A DNA stretch of 59,449 nt, the filler included. It is 3 parts of 3 records of this genome, joined end to end, with 100 filler letters (N's around TTAATTAATTAA, not from the genome) between each part and the next. Parts side by side here need not be neighbours in the genome. Positions count along the whole stretch, not along the records: positions 1 to 29,114 come from SRR20825006_2242; 2 more parts are not named here. One strand, written 5' to 3'. Shown here in pieces: positions 10,884-21,109 of this stretch. The notes beneath the pieces were generated by a model. That model ran no database searches, was not told the DNA's origin, and worked only from the letters and a program-made list of their open reading frames with translations. A program made the translations under genes and the position numbers. Position 1 is the first letter of the stretch. Every line of letters starts with the position of its first letter.

Positions 10884-12324
10884 GAACAACTCCCGTGAAA
10901 TGTTTTTCGGCGACATTGCTGTTAAGGGCGATAGCACTTGAATGCTCAAGGCTGGCACCGGCCACGGCGTCGCCGATGATTACCATCACAGGGCCGGAAA
11001 GATCATCGCGACCTTCAAGAAGCGGCAGATCCGCCAGAACCCCGTGCAGTAACCGCCGGTTCTTGCGACCGGCATTTTCGATCACGGCAATCGTGGTATC
11101 CGGTGATACGCCCGCATCCTGTAGTCGGGCGCCAAGTCTTTCGGCAACGGAACGGCCCATATAGACAGCAATCGTGGCACCCTGAACCGCTAATCCGGCC
11201 CAGTCCGGCAAGGTGTCACCATTGAGGTCGTGGCCGGTCGTAAAAACCAGCGTAGAAGCCACACCGCGCAGTGTCAGCGGCAGCTCGAAATCAGCCGCCG
11301 CCGCCGTGGCGGAGGTAACACCGGGGACAACTTCATAGGAAATACCGGCTGCTCTAAGCGCTGCCATCTCCTCTCCGGCACGCCCGAAGACCAGAGGATC
11401 GCCAGATTTCAGACGGACAACACGCTTCCCCTGCCTGGCGAGATCAACCAAAAGGTCATTGATTTCGTTTTGAGATTTTGAATGGCAATTCTTGCGTTTC
11501 CCGACAGCAAGACGCTCCGCATCGCGCCGTCCCATATCGACCACAGCCTGTGGTACGAGAGCATCATGGGCGATAACATCGGCCTCCATCAAAAGGCGAT
11601 GGGCACGGATGGTCAGGAGATCTTCGGCTCCCGGCCCCGCCCCCACCAGAGCCACATGGCCGCTCACACCGGCACCATCAGCCAGGATTTCGTCCGCCAG
11701 GCACTCCGCCTCAACCATTCGACCGCGCTCAACAGCCGCTGCCACAGAACCGTTGAAAAAACGGGACCAGAAAGCCCGCCGTGGGCTGCCTCGCGGAATG
11801 TGCCCATCAACCTTGTCGCGCAGGCTGTTGGCAAGTCGAGCCAATTGCCCGAGAGAACGCGGCAGCATGGTATCGATCTTCGAGCGGATCAGCTGCGCCA
11901 GTACTGGGCCGGCCCCCTCCGTGCCGATGGCAACGGCAATCGGGGGACGGGTGACAAGTGCCGGCGTGTAAAAGTCGCATTCATCTTTCTGATCGACCGC
12001 ATTAACGGGGATTGCGTGTGCCCGTGCTGCCTCGGAAATGTGACGATCAAGCGCAGCATCGCCAGTGGCCGCAAAAACCAGCACCGCACCATCAAGGTGA
12101 TCGTCTATGAATGATACCTCAACCAGCGTGTGACCGTTTTCACTCAGAAAGGCTGCATAATCGGCTTGCGGCGCGTCGGCATAGGCAAATATCCGTGCGC
12201 TGGTTTTCGCAATCAGCCGGGCTTTGGCATAGGCCTCATCGCCATTGCCGAAAATGGCGATTTTTTTTCCATCGACCCGAAAAAACGCAGGGAATGTTGT
12301 CAACAGTTCTTCGTTCGCGACCAT
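10873..12324 (-). CDS. cysG: Siroheme synthase
   Basis: N-terminal dehydrogenase/chelatase (VNAVD..CDFYTPA) plus methyltransferase (LVGAGPG, RLKSGDP..FGRAGEE). Confidence 0.95.
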   Translation of the reverse strand: MVANEELLTTFPAFFRVDGKKIAIFGNGDEAYAKARLIAKTSARIFAYADAPQADYAAFLSENGHTLVEVSFIDDHLDGAVLVFAATGDAALDRHISEAARAHAIPVNAVDQKDECDFYTPALVTRPPIAVAIGTEGAGPVLAQLIRSKIDTMLPRSLGQLARLANSLRDKVDGHIPRGSPRRAFWSRFFNGSVAAAVERGRMVEAECLADEILADGAGVSGHVALVGAGPGAEDLLTIRAHRLLMEADVIAHDALVPQAVVDMGRRDAERLAVGKRKNCHSKSQNEINDLLVDLARQGKRVVRLKSGDPLVFGRAGEEMAALRAAGISYEVVPGVTSATAAAADFELPLTLRGVASTLVFTTGHDLNGDTLPDWAGLAVQGATIAVYMGRSVAERLGARLQDAGVSPDTTIAVIENAGRKNRRLLHGVLADLPLLEGRDDLSGPVMVIIGDAVAGASLEHSSAIALNSNVAEKHFTGVVHAR

Positions 12325-12544
12325 TTTAACCCAGTCCTTCTCAAGATTGAGGGAATGATCATTGTTTTGACTAAGGAATTGAAGAAACGAAAATGCGCGC
12401 ACATCAGTTCAGGCACATTTCATTCCTCAATTTTTCGAGGGTCAGGGCAAATTTAACCGGTATTCAAAAATACCTGCCGCTTGCAAGGCTGTGTGGAAGG
12501 TCGTTTACTCGATCAAACAAAATGTCGAGGCATGGGGAAGATGA

Positions 12545-13132
12545 ATGAACGATACTTTTCTGACAGACAGGCTCTTAAGCGTAATTGAAGAGGATATTCT
12601 TCCGCTGACCATGAGAGGCGTCACAAAAGGCAACAAGGTTTTTGGAGCTGCCATACTTCGCAAATCGGACCTGTCGCTGATCATCGCCGGAACGAATGAC
12701 GAAACCTCCAATCCGCTTTGGCATGGCGAGGTGCATACGCTGAAGCAATTTTACGATTTGCCCAAGCGACCGGAGACAAAGGAGCTCTTGTTTCTGACAA
12801 CGCATGAACCCTGCACGATGTGCATGTCAGCGATCACCTGGGCGGGATTTGATAACTATTTCTATTTCTTCAGCCACGAGGATTCGCGTGACAGTTTTGC
12901 TATTCCCCATGATCTGAAAATCATGAAAGAGCTTTACGGGCTGGAGCCGGGCGGCTATCGCCGTCAAAACACCTTCTTCAGCGCTCGATCTATCACCGAA
13001 ATGGCACTCGCTGCCGACGAGCAGACAAAGAGTGACTTTGTTGATCGTATCGCAAAAATCAAAGCAACCTACGCCCTTGCCTCTCAAACTTACCAGTCGC
13101 ATAAAGACGAAGCCGGTATACCGCTCAACTGA
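12545..13132 (+). CDS. Zinc-dependent nucleoside/nucleobase deaminase (CDA/tRNA-deaminase fold)
   Basis: HGE...EPCTMC zinc motif. Confidence 0.88.
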   Translation: MNDTFLTDRLLSVIEEDILPLTMRGVTKGNKVFGAAILRKSDLSLIIAGTNDETSNPLWHGEVHTLKQFYDLPKRPETKELLFLTTHEPCTMCMSAITWAGFDNYFYFFSHEDSRDSFAIPHDLKIMKELYGLEPGGYRRQNTFFSARSITEMALAADEQTKSDFVDRIAKIKATYALASQTYQSHKDEAGIPLN

Positions 13133-13165
13133 TATCCGCCATTTTAAAAAGACCGGAGGCCGCCT

Positions 13166-13999
13166 TTGGAACCTTCAAACGACATCATCCGCCTTCTCGA
13201 AATCATGGCCGCTTTGCGCGCCCCTGAAACCGGCTGTCCGTGGGATATCAAACAGTCGTTTGAAACCATCAAACCCTACACGATCGAGGAAGCTTACGAA
13301 GTCGCGGACGCAATCGAGCGCAATGATCTCGATGACCTTTGCGATGAACTGGGCGATCTTTTGCTTCAGGTGGTGTTCCATGCACGTATGGCGGAAGAAA
13401 TCGGCGCATTTTCCTTTGGTGATGTTGTCCATGCAGTGACGTCGAAAATGATCCGCCGGCATCCGCATGTCTTCGGATCTCATGATGCAGATACGCCGGA
13501 TGCGGTGAAGAAACAGTGGGATGAAATCAAACGCGAAGAAAAGGCAGCGCGCGCGGAGCGACGTGCCAGGCGTGGACTGACGGAAGACTTCAAAGACGGG
13601 TATCTGGGTGGCGTTCAGCGCACCTTCCCGGCCTTTACAGAAGCGTTGAAACTTCAAGAACATGCAGCGCGTGTCGGATTTGACTGGTCCGAACCAGAAC
13701 CCATTCTGGACAAATTCGAAGAGGAAATCGGCGAATTGCGACAAGCCCTTCAATCCGGTGACAAGTCGGCTGTATCCGATGAGCTTGGCGACATGATCTT
13801 TGCGGCTGTAAACCTGGCGCGCCACACCAAGACGGACCCTGAACAGGCTCTACGCGGAACAAATACAAAATTCCGCAGACGATTCAAACATATAGAGAAT
13901 ACTTTGAATAAAGAAGGCGAAGATATAAACAAGGCAACGCTGGAGCGGATGGAAACGCTCTGGCAGGATGCAAAGGCGATTGAACGTCAATTGGACTGA
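13166..13999 (+). CDS. mazG: Nucleoside triphosphate pyrophosphohydrolase
   Basis: GCPWD, IEEAYEV, ELGDLLLQVVFH, KMIRRHPHVF, second domain GFDW/ELGD. Confidence 0.96.
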   Translation: MEPSNDIIRLLEIMAALRAPETGCPWDIKQSFETIKPYTIEEAYEVADAIERNDLDDLCDELGDLLLQVVFHARMAEEIGAFSFGDVVHAVTSKMIRRHPHVFGSHDADTPDAVKKQWDEIKREEKAARAERRARRGLTEDFKDGYLGGVQRTFPAFTEALKLQEHAARVGFDWSEPEPILDKFEEEIGELRQALQSGDKSAVSDELGDMIFAAVNLARHTKTDPEQALRGTNTKFRRRFKHIENTLNKEGEDINKATLERMETLWQDAKAIERQLD

Positions 14000-14015
14000 T
14001 GGGGGGGATGCTGCT

Positions 14016-15362
14016 CTACCCCGAAAGCATACTTTCCAAACGCTGCGATTCTGATTCCGGCAAGCGAATAACGAGGCTAACCGAACCATCGTCTTCATCA
14101 CGCCGCTCATCAACAAGCGCGTGTTCATAAATCCATGGCAGAAGCTGTAACTGATGCGGTGACAGCATGATCGTCGTTTCAGTCAGCACGCCGGCAAGGC
14201 GCGCCGCAATCACATCCATCAGTTCGGAAACACCCTCTCCCGTAACGGCAGAAACGCCCATGACGTTTTCATTTACCGATGCCCGCTCCATCAGCGCGTC
14301 ATGTTCTTCCTTGTCCAACAGATCAAGTTTGTTCCAGACCTCAATGATACGCTCGCCTTGCGTTTTTTCATCAATGCCAAGATCACTCAGGATTCGAAAA
14401 ACATCATCAGATTGCGCGTCTCGCGCAACGTCTGACATGTCCCGGACATGCAAGATGAGATCGGCTTCCAGAACTTCTTCCAGCGTCGCACGAAATGCGG
14501 CGACCAGATGCGTCGGCAAATCCGAGATAAAACCCACGGTGTCAGACAGAATGACGGTGCGACCATGCGGCAGTTTCATGCGCCGAAGCGTTGGGTCAAG
14601 GGTCGCAAACAGCATATCTTCGGCAAGAACACCAGCACCGGTAATCCGGTTGAACAGCGTGGACTTTCCGGCATTGGTATAGCCGACAAGAGCAACAATC
14701 GGGTGTGGAACCTTCTTCCGCTTGGAACGGTGTAACTGACGGGTACGAACCACCTGTTCCAGTTCGCGCTCCAGCTTGACAATACGCTCACGCAGCATCC
14801 GCCGGTCAGCCTCAATCTGGGTTTCGCCAGGCCCCCCCATAAAGCCGCCGCCACCACGCTGGCGCTCAAGATGGGTCCAACTGCGAACCAGACGGCCGCG
14901 CTGATAGTTGAGATGCGCCAGTTCAACCTGAAGTCGCCCTTCCTTGGTGGAAGCACGATCGCCGAATATCTCGAGAATAAGCCCCGTTCTGTCGATGACT
15001 TTCGCCACCCAGGCTTTCTCAAGGTTGCGCTGCTGTACCGGCGTGAGAGGATGATCCACAATGACCAGCCCAATATTCTTTTCATCAAGCTGGTGGTCGA
15101 TATCTTCGATCTTGCCGCCACCGATCAATGTGGCCGGACGTGGATCATTAACCGGGATGACCTGTGTTTCCACGATCGTCAATCCGATGGCGCGGGCAAG
15201 ACCTTCGGCCTCCTGGAGGCGGCTCTCCGGTGCGCGAGAGCTAACAGAAGAATCGCCTCCCCGATTACCTCGCCCTGCTTTAAGAACAGGTACAATAATC
15301 AGGGTACGGGACGCATCCCGGTTTTCATATTGGCTCTCGAAAGAGTTATTGTCTTCAGAAAT
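14016..15362 (-). CDS. hflX: Ribosome-splitting GTPase HflX (probable ATT start at 15362)
   Basis: GPGETQIEADRR, GYTNAGKS, FATLDPT, DTVGFI, NKLD; frame stays open 60 codons above the called TTG with HflX-like ESRLQEAEGLARAI. Confidence 0.95.
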   Translation of the reverse strand: MSEDNNSFESQYENRDASRTLIIVPVLKAGRGNRGGDSSVSSRAPESRLQEAEGLARAIGLTIVETQVIPVNDPRPATLIGGGKIEDIDHQLDEKNIGLVIVDHPLTPVQQRNLEKAWVAKVIDRTGLILEIFGDRASTKEGRLQVELAHLNYQRGRLVRSWTHLERQRGGGGFMGGPGETQIEADRRMLRERIVKLERELEQVVRTRQLHRSKRKKVPHPIVALVGYTNAGKSTLFNRITGAGVLAEDMLFATLDPTLRRMKLPHGRTVILSDTVGFISDLPTHLVAAFRATLEEVLEADLILHVRDMSDVARDAQSDDVFRILSDLGIDEKTQGERIIEVWNKLDLLDKEEHDALMERASVNENVMGVSAVTGEGVSELMDVIAARLAGVLTETTIMLSPHQLQLLPWIYEHALVDERRDEDDGSVSLVIRLPESESQRLESMLSG

Positions 15363-15375
15363 GGAAGTTCACCAA

Positions 15376-15618
15376 TCAGGAAGTGCTGTCTTCGGACTCA
15401 AACATCTGCACCGGCTGGCTGGGCATGATGGTTGAAATCGCGTGTTTATAGACGAGTTGGGAATGTCCGTCACGTCGCAGCAACACACAGAAATTGTCAA
15501 AAGATGTGACCACACCAGTCAACTTCACACCGTTGATCAAAAAAATGGTGAGAGAAATCTTCTGCTTACGTACACAATTGAGAAAGACATCCTGGAGATT
15601 CTGAGAACGTTCCGCCAT
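15376..15618 (-). CDS. hfq: RNA chaperone Hfq
   Basis: [18 protein letters not shown]...[14 protein letters not shown]. Confidence 0.99.
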   Translation of the reverse strand: MAERSQNLQDVFLNCVRKQKISLTIFLINGVKLTGVVTSFDNFCVLLRRDGHSQLVYKHAISTIMPSQPVQMFESEDSTS

Positions 15619-15790
15619 GGCGCCGATTCTTTCTTACTTTTGCCGACCTTGGCCGGTTTCGATTTATTATGCGCTGTCTGACACTTCAGCTACAGCTATA
15701 CGTTTTAGGTTGGTAGCAAATCGTTCGAAGTTCCGCAACGGCCAAAAGACACCATCTTGCGTAGCAACCCCTTCAAAACATGTCCCAAAA

Positions 15791-17167
15791 CTAGAAATAC
15801 TGAATAGAGACCCGGAACAGTTGCTCCACATGCCGCACAGCCGAGGCGACAGCAAACAGAATAACCCGATCATGGGCCTTGATCTTCATGTCACCGGTTG
15901 GCTGCAAAACCTTGTCTCCACGATAGACCGCACCAATCCGAATACCCTCCGGCAGATCGAGATCACGAAATGGTGTGCCGACGAGTGGAGAGGTTGCCAA
16001 AGCCTCCGCTTCGATGACTTCGGCCGCGCCCTTCTGCACGGCATAGACAGAGCGTATGCGGCCCTTACGCACATGCTGGAGAACACGCGAAATGGTGATC
16101 GCACGCGGATTGATATAGGCATCAATACCCAAAGATTTGGTCACATCGTGAAATGAGGGGTTGTTCAGAAGTGCCAGATTGGATTGACAGCCGAGTTGCT
16201 TGGCAATCACAGACGACAGAATATTCGTCTGGTCGTCATTGGTCAGAGAAACCATCAGATGTGCGTCGGGAACATCGGCCTGTATCATGATGTTCTGATC
16301 CAGTGCAGACCCTTGCAAAACAATCACATTGCGCAACGCATCCGAAACGGCGACCGCCTTTTCGCGATTGTTCTCGATCATTTTCAGCCGGGTTTTTGGC
16401 TGAAGTTCCTCGATCGACTTGGCAACGTAAAATCCGATATTGCCGCCACCGGCAATCACGATGCGGCGGGCCTCCTGTTCCTCATGCCCAAACAGTGCCA
16501 GCGTACGGCGAATGTGTTCCTGCTCGCACACAACATAAACCAGATCTCCGGCAACGATCTGATCAGTCGAATGCGGAATCATGACCTTTTCATCGCGATA
16601 GATACCTGTAACGGTCGCGCTGAGATCGGGGAAAAGCTGACTAAGCTGCAACAGTGGCGTATTCAGTACCGGGCAATCATCATTGCACTCAACGGCAAGC
16701 ATGGCGATACGTTCGTCGGCAAAACGCACGATATCTGTTGCTCCCGGAAATGAAATGCGGCGCAGAACCAGCTTCCCGACTTCAACCTCCGGTGAAATCG
16801 TCACGTCAATCGGCATGTGGTCGCGGGAAAACAAATCCGAGTAATGTGATTGAAGATAGCTCTGGGAACGGATCCGGGCAATCTTGGTCGGAACGTTGAA
16901 TAGCGAATGGGCCACCTGACAGGCCACCATGTTAATTTCGTCGTGCAGTGTCACGGCGATAATCATGTCAGCCTGATCGGCGCCTGCTTTTGCCAGCGTA
17001 TCGGGATGGGCGCCATGGCCGACATAGCCGCGAACATCAAGTAACTCGGTGATTGTGCTGATCAGAGAGGCAGACGTATCAATGACTGATACATCATTAT
17101 ACTCCTGCGAAAGACGCTCCGCGATACCAAAACCAACCTGACCTGCACCGCAAATAATGATTTTCAT
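15791..17167 (-). CDS. trkA: Trk potassium uptake regulatory subunit
   Basis: Two RCK/NAD-binding domains (GAGQVG; GGGNIG), 458 aa. Confidence 0.96.
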   Translation of the reverse strand: MKIIICGAGQVGFGIAERLSQEYNDVSVIDTSASLISTITELLDVRGYVGHGAHPDTLAKAGADQADMIIAVTLHDEINMVACQVAHSLFNVPTKIARIRSQSYLQSHYSDLFSRDHMPIDVTISPEVEVGKLVLRRISFPGATDIVRFADERIAMLAVECNDDCPVLNTPLLQLSQLFPDLSATVTGIYRDEKVMIPHSTDQIVAGDLVYVVCEQEHIRRTLALFGHEEQEARRIVIAGGGNIGFYVAKSIEELQPKTRLKMIENNREKAVAVSDALRNVIVLQGSALDQNIMIQADVPDAHLMVSLTNDDQTNILSSVIAKQLGCQSNLALLNNPSFHDVTKSLGIDAYINPRAITISRVLQHVRKGRIRSVYAVQKGAAEVIEAEALATSPLVGTPFRDLDLPEGIRIGAVYRGDKVLQPTGDMKIKAHDRVILFAVASAVRHVEQLFRVSIQYF

Positions 17168-17282
17168 ATATTCTTTCGGCCATGAAGACCGTTCCCGAGT
17201 TTAAAATTCGGATTACTGTCAGGCTATCTCGCCCAAGCGTACCCGCAGTTTAATTTCGAAGTGCAATCTGACGGAGTTTCGT

Positions 17283-18647
17283 TCAAATGCCAAGAGACTT
17301 GAGTTTGCGATGCAGAGCCGAGCGCTCCATGCCCACAAACTCGGCTGTGCGTGAGATGTTCCCGCCAAACCGGTTGATCTGGGCCATCAGATAATCGCGT
17401 TCAAACCGTTCCCGCGCCTCACGCAATGGCAAAGTCATGATATGCGCATCGCCAGTTGTCTGAATTTGCGGCAGTACATCTGACAGATCTGCAGGCAGAA
17501 GGTCGGCACTGATCGGTGCGGCCGGATCTTCTTCGCGTGAAAGAATCAGCAAACGCTCCAGGTTATTCCGCAATTGCCTTATGTTACCCGGCCAGTCGTG
17601 CGCCTGAAGGATCGCCATGGCATCATCGGCAATACGCCGCTGTCGAACACCCGCCTGCTCGCAAAGCTGGCGCATGATGAAATCGACCAGAAACGGGATA
17701 TCTTCACGTCGCTCAGCGAGTGAAGGAATGCGAACAGGCACAACAGCAAGTCTATGATAGAGGTCTTGGCGGAAGGCATTGTTCTCGATCCTTTCCTGCA
17801 GATTCAATGCCGTCGACGAAATGATCCGGACATCAACGCTTACACGGCGGTTTCCACCGACGCGCTCGAACTGTTGATCAACCAGAACACGCAGGATTTT
17901 CTTTTGCGTGTCGTTGGGCATCTCGCCAACTTCGTCAAGATAAAGCGTGCCGCGGTGAGCCCGCTCCAGAGCGCCGGTTTTTCTGGTTCGCCCGCCCCCG
18001 CCTTCGACGCCGAACAGTTCAATCTCCATGTTGTCGGGCGTGATAGCTGCGGCATTCAGGGCCACAAATGGCCCCTCTGCACGCTGGCTCTTCTGATGCA
18101 TCAAACGTGCAACAACTTCCTTCCCGCTGCCAGAGCCACCGAAAATCATGACACGGCTGTTGGTCGGACCGACTTTTTCAAGTGACTGACGCAGTTGCGA
18201 AACCAGAAGCGATGAACCAACCAGCTCTTCCGGGTCGCCGGTTTTACGCTTCAGTTCCATCACCTCGTGTTTCAGGCGAGAGTTTTCAAGCGCTCGCTCG
18301 GCGATTAAAACCAGACGATCAGCCTTAAATGGCTTTTCGATAAAATCAAACGCACCACGTTTTATTGAGGAAACAGCCGTCTCGATATTGCCGTGGCCCG
18401 AAATCATGACCACAGGAAGGTCGGCATGACGCTGTTTGATTTCATCAAGCAACGCCAGACCATCCAACCGGCTACCCTGCATCCAGATATCCAGAAAAAT
18501 CAGTCGCGGAACCCGATCCGCGATTGCGGCAAGCGCGCTATCGCTATCATGCGCCACCCGCGTTTCATGCCCTTCATCAGACAGGATACCCGACACGATG
18601 TCCCGAATATCGGCTTCATCATCCACGACAAGAATATCAGAGGCCAT
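17283..18647 (-). CDS. ntrX: Response regulator NtrX
   Basis: REC (DIWMQGS, ISGHGNIETAV), AAA+ lacking GAFTGA, HTH MERSALHRKLK. Confidence 0.96.
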   Translation of the reverse strand: MASDILVVDDEADIRDIVSGILSDEGHETRVAHDSDSALAAIADRVPRLIFLDIWMQGSRLDGLALLDEIKQRHADLPVVMISGHGNIETAVSSIKRGAFDFIEKPFKADRLVLIAERALENSRLKHEVMELKRKTGDPEELVGSSLLVSQLRQSLEKVGPTNSRVMIFGGSGSGKEVVARLMHQKSQRAEGPFVALNAAAITPDNMEIELFGVEGGGGRTRKTGALERAHRGTLYLDEVGEMPNDTQKKILRVLVDQQFERVGGNRRVSVDVRIISSTALNLQERIENNAFRQDLYHRLAVVPVRIPSLAERREDIPFLVDFIMRQLCEQAGVRQRRIADDAMAILQAHDWPGNIRQLRNNLERLLILSREEDPAAPISADLLPADLSDVLPQIQTTGDAHIMTLPLREARERFERDYLMAQINRFGGNISRTAEFVGMERSALHRKLKSLGI

Positions 18648-20949
18648 CGTTATCTTCCTTATCTTGATCTCCACGTACGCTTTCGGCGTCATGCACGTGC
18701 GGCAGCTCCACGCGGATCATCGCTCCACGTCCTTCGGCAAAATCAGCCGGCGCATCATGAAGCTCCAGCTTTCCGCCATGTTCTTCAATGATCTTTCGGA
18801 CGATAGCGAGTCCGAGCCCGGTCCCCTTCTCGCGCATCGTAATATAAGGCTCCAGGATCATGTGACGATTTTCGTCCGGAAGTCCTTTACCACTATCGAT
18901 AAAATCGATGACATACCGGTCACGCACCTTGTCATATGTTGCTGAAACCAGAATTTTTCTCTCTCCTGAGAATTCAGAATGAGGAACAGCATCAATAGCT
19001 TCAACTGCATTCTTGATAATATTGGCGAAAGCCTGCCCGAGCATCCGCTCATCAAAAGACCCCTCAAGCGGCTCATCGCCCAACTCACGCAAGAAACTCA
19101 CATCTGTCCGCCCCATCTCCCGCAGAAAGATTGCATCGGTCAAGATCGTGCGAAGATCCCCTTGCGTTTTGGATGGCTTTGGCATTCGGGCAAATGCAGA
19201 GAATTCATCGACCATACGGCCAATATCGCCAACCTGCCGGACGATTGTATCTGTACACTGATCAAAGACGGCACGGTCTTCCTCGCTCTCGATCTTACGG
19301 CCAAATCGGCGCTTGATACGTTCAGCGGAAAGCTGAATCGGCGTGAGCGGATTCTTTATCTCATGGGCAATCCGGCGCGCCACATCAGCCCATGCCGATG
19401 AACGCTGAGCGATAATCAGGTCGGTAATGTCATCAAGGGTGATAACATAGGCTTCGGTAGCATCGCGTGAGTCCTCCTTCGTGACCTGCACCGAAAGCGT
19501 ACGCTCCTTGCCCAGGCGCATCAGGTTGATCTGGCGTCTGAAATTTTTGCGGTTACGGCGCATGGCGGCCGTCATCACGACATCAATTTCTGGCGCTACA
19601 GTCTCAAGCTTATGACCGAGAAGATCATCAGCGTTTACGACCAGAAGCTGCTCAGCCGAGAGATTGGCAATCGTAATTGTCCGATCTGAATCGACACCAA
19701 TGACAGCAGCAGTCACCCCCGAAAGCACGGCCTCGATGAACCGGCGCCGGTCATCGACTTCGTCCTTGGCCAGCAAAACCTCGCGTTGCTGCGCGCGAAT
19801 TTCGGCGACCATTTTGTTGAAGGTCTTCGACAACCGCCCGACATCACCATCGATGGAGCGCACGGGAACTGCGACTTTCAAATCCCCTGTAGCCACCTGA
19901 TCGGCTGCCCCGATCAAGAGCCGTATAGGCAGCACAATCCTGTCGGCGACTGCGATACCGGTCCAGATCGCCGCCAGAAGCACAATCAGCGCAAAACCGA
20001 GATAGAGCACAGCAAAGGCCACCTGAATGGAAAAACGCCCGTCCTCCATCGATTTGTACTCTGAGAAATTATCCTCAATCATGCGCATCGCGCCCATGAC
20101 ACTGGGATCGACCGCCCGCACTGTATAAAGATACGTTCCAGGCAGCGCCTCCAGCGCTATGATGGCGCCGACAAGATTGGTATCGCCCGGCGGGATCAGT
20201 GTCGGTGTTCCTGCCGCCGCCTTCTCCAGCGCATCTTTTGGAATATCGGGCAAGGGTGCATCATCACTGACGTCAGCCTGAACAACGACACTGCCATCAT
20301 CACGCACAAGAAATGCCCCAAGCATCCCCCTGCCACGCGCCTGCCGCGTCATCAGATCGGTAAAGCCTGTACGATCCAGATAATAAAGCGAGCGGTTGCG
20401 TTCCAGATCATTGCCCATGGAAAGCGTCTGCCCCTGAAGGTAGCTCGCATTCTCCATCATGTAGGCTTGCGCGACATTCAAAGACGATTGCACGATCGAC
20501 TGCGTTCTGAGCGCAAACCAGCGGTCGAGTCCAGCATTGAGCGTCAGCGTCGCGAAAATGGCGACAATGATGGCAGGCGTAACCGCAACGATCCCGAACA
20601 ATAACACAATACGGATATGCAACTGCGCCGCAGCACGCCCGCGCCGTCTGGCTTTCAAGAGTTGCCTGACCTCACGACCAATGAGGAAGATCAGCGTCAG
20701 CACAAACAATGAGTTGGCGACAACAAGCCCGATCACAACATGACCGGTTGGCTTGATCGGCGTCAAACCAAGGAGGATAAACAGCGATAAGAACGCTGTC
20801 AGCAAAGCACCTGCGACAATGAACATGCCCGGAGAGCGAAGCATGGCGCGCATACCGCCGCGGCCATACGGGCCACCGCTGATCGCTATGCTCTCTTCAT
20901 CCGGATCATGCTGAAAAAATCCGGTATTTCGTTCCGCTTCCGCTGTCAT
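18637..20949 (-). CDS. ntrY: Sensor histidine kinase NtrY
   Basis: TMs, [38 protein letters not shown]. Confidence 0.96.
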   Translation of the reverse strand: MTAEAERNTGFFQHDPDEESIAISGGPYGRGGMRAMLRSPGMFIVAGALLTAFLSLFILLGLTPIKPTGHVVIGLVVANSLFVLTLIFLIGREVRQLLKARRRGRAAAQLHIRIVLLFGIVAVTPAIIVAIFATLTLNAGLDRWFALRTQSIVQSSLNVAQAYMMENASYLQGQTLSMGNDLERNRSLYYLDRTGFTDLMTRQARGRGMLGAFLVRDDGSVVVQADVSDDAPLPDIPKDALEKAAAGTPTLIPPGDTNLVGAIIALEALPGTYLYTVRAVDPSVMGAMRMIEDNFSEYKSMEDGRFSIQVAFAVLYLGFALIVLLAAIWTGIAVADRIVLPIRLLIGAADQVATGDLKVAVPVRSIDGDVGRLSKTFNKMVAEIRAQQREVLLAKDEVDDRRRFIEAVLSGVTAAVIGVDSDRTITIANLSAEQLLVVNADDLLGHKLETVAPEIDVVMTAAMRRNRKNFRRQINLMRLGKERTLSVQVTKEDSRDATEAYVITLDDITDLIIAQRSSAWADVARRIAHEIKNPLTPIQLSAERIKRRFGRKIESEEDRAVFDQCTDTIVRQVGDIGRMVDEFSAFARMPKPSKTQGDLRTILTDAIFLREMGRTDVSFLRELGDEPLEGSFDERMLGQAFANIIKNAVEAIDAVPHSEFSGERKILVSATYDKVRDRYVIDFIDSGKGLPDENRHMILEPYITMREKGTGLGLAIVRKIIEEHGGKLELHDAPADFAEGRGAMIRVELPHVHDAESVRGDQDKEDNDGL

Positions 20950-21037
20950 GTCTTGCGATCTTGTTGCTGTTGCGCGGACGCAAATTTACCGCCGGTCGGG
21001 ATCGGGACCGGCGAATCCCTATGCGCGAATGAGGTTA

Positions 21038-21054
21038 TGCAACATATTGTGGCA
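21038..21054. promoter_or_regulatory. Candidate regulator site upstream of ntrY (NtrX- or RegR/ActR-like)
   Basis: Near-palindrome TGCAAC-ATATT-GTGGCA containing CAA-N4-TTG. Confidence 0.4.
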
Positions 21055-21109
21055 CAAATGCAACGGAAAGCGTTAACCGCACCGGTTTCACCGGCATCGA
21101 AAAACCTTC

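Noticed and set aside
12545-13999. Deaminase plus MazG as a nucleotide-depletion defence system
   Set aside because: MazG is the standard tandem-domain housekeeping type in a core-genome position
17980-18030. NtrX lacking the GAFTGA loop as a sign of a defective gene
   Set aside because: A known normal feature of the NtrX family
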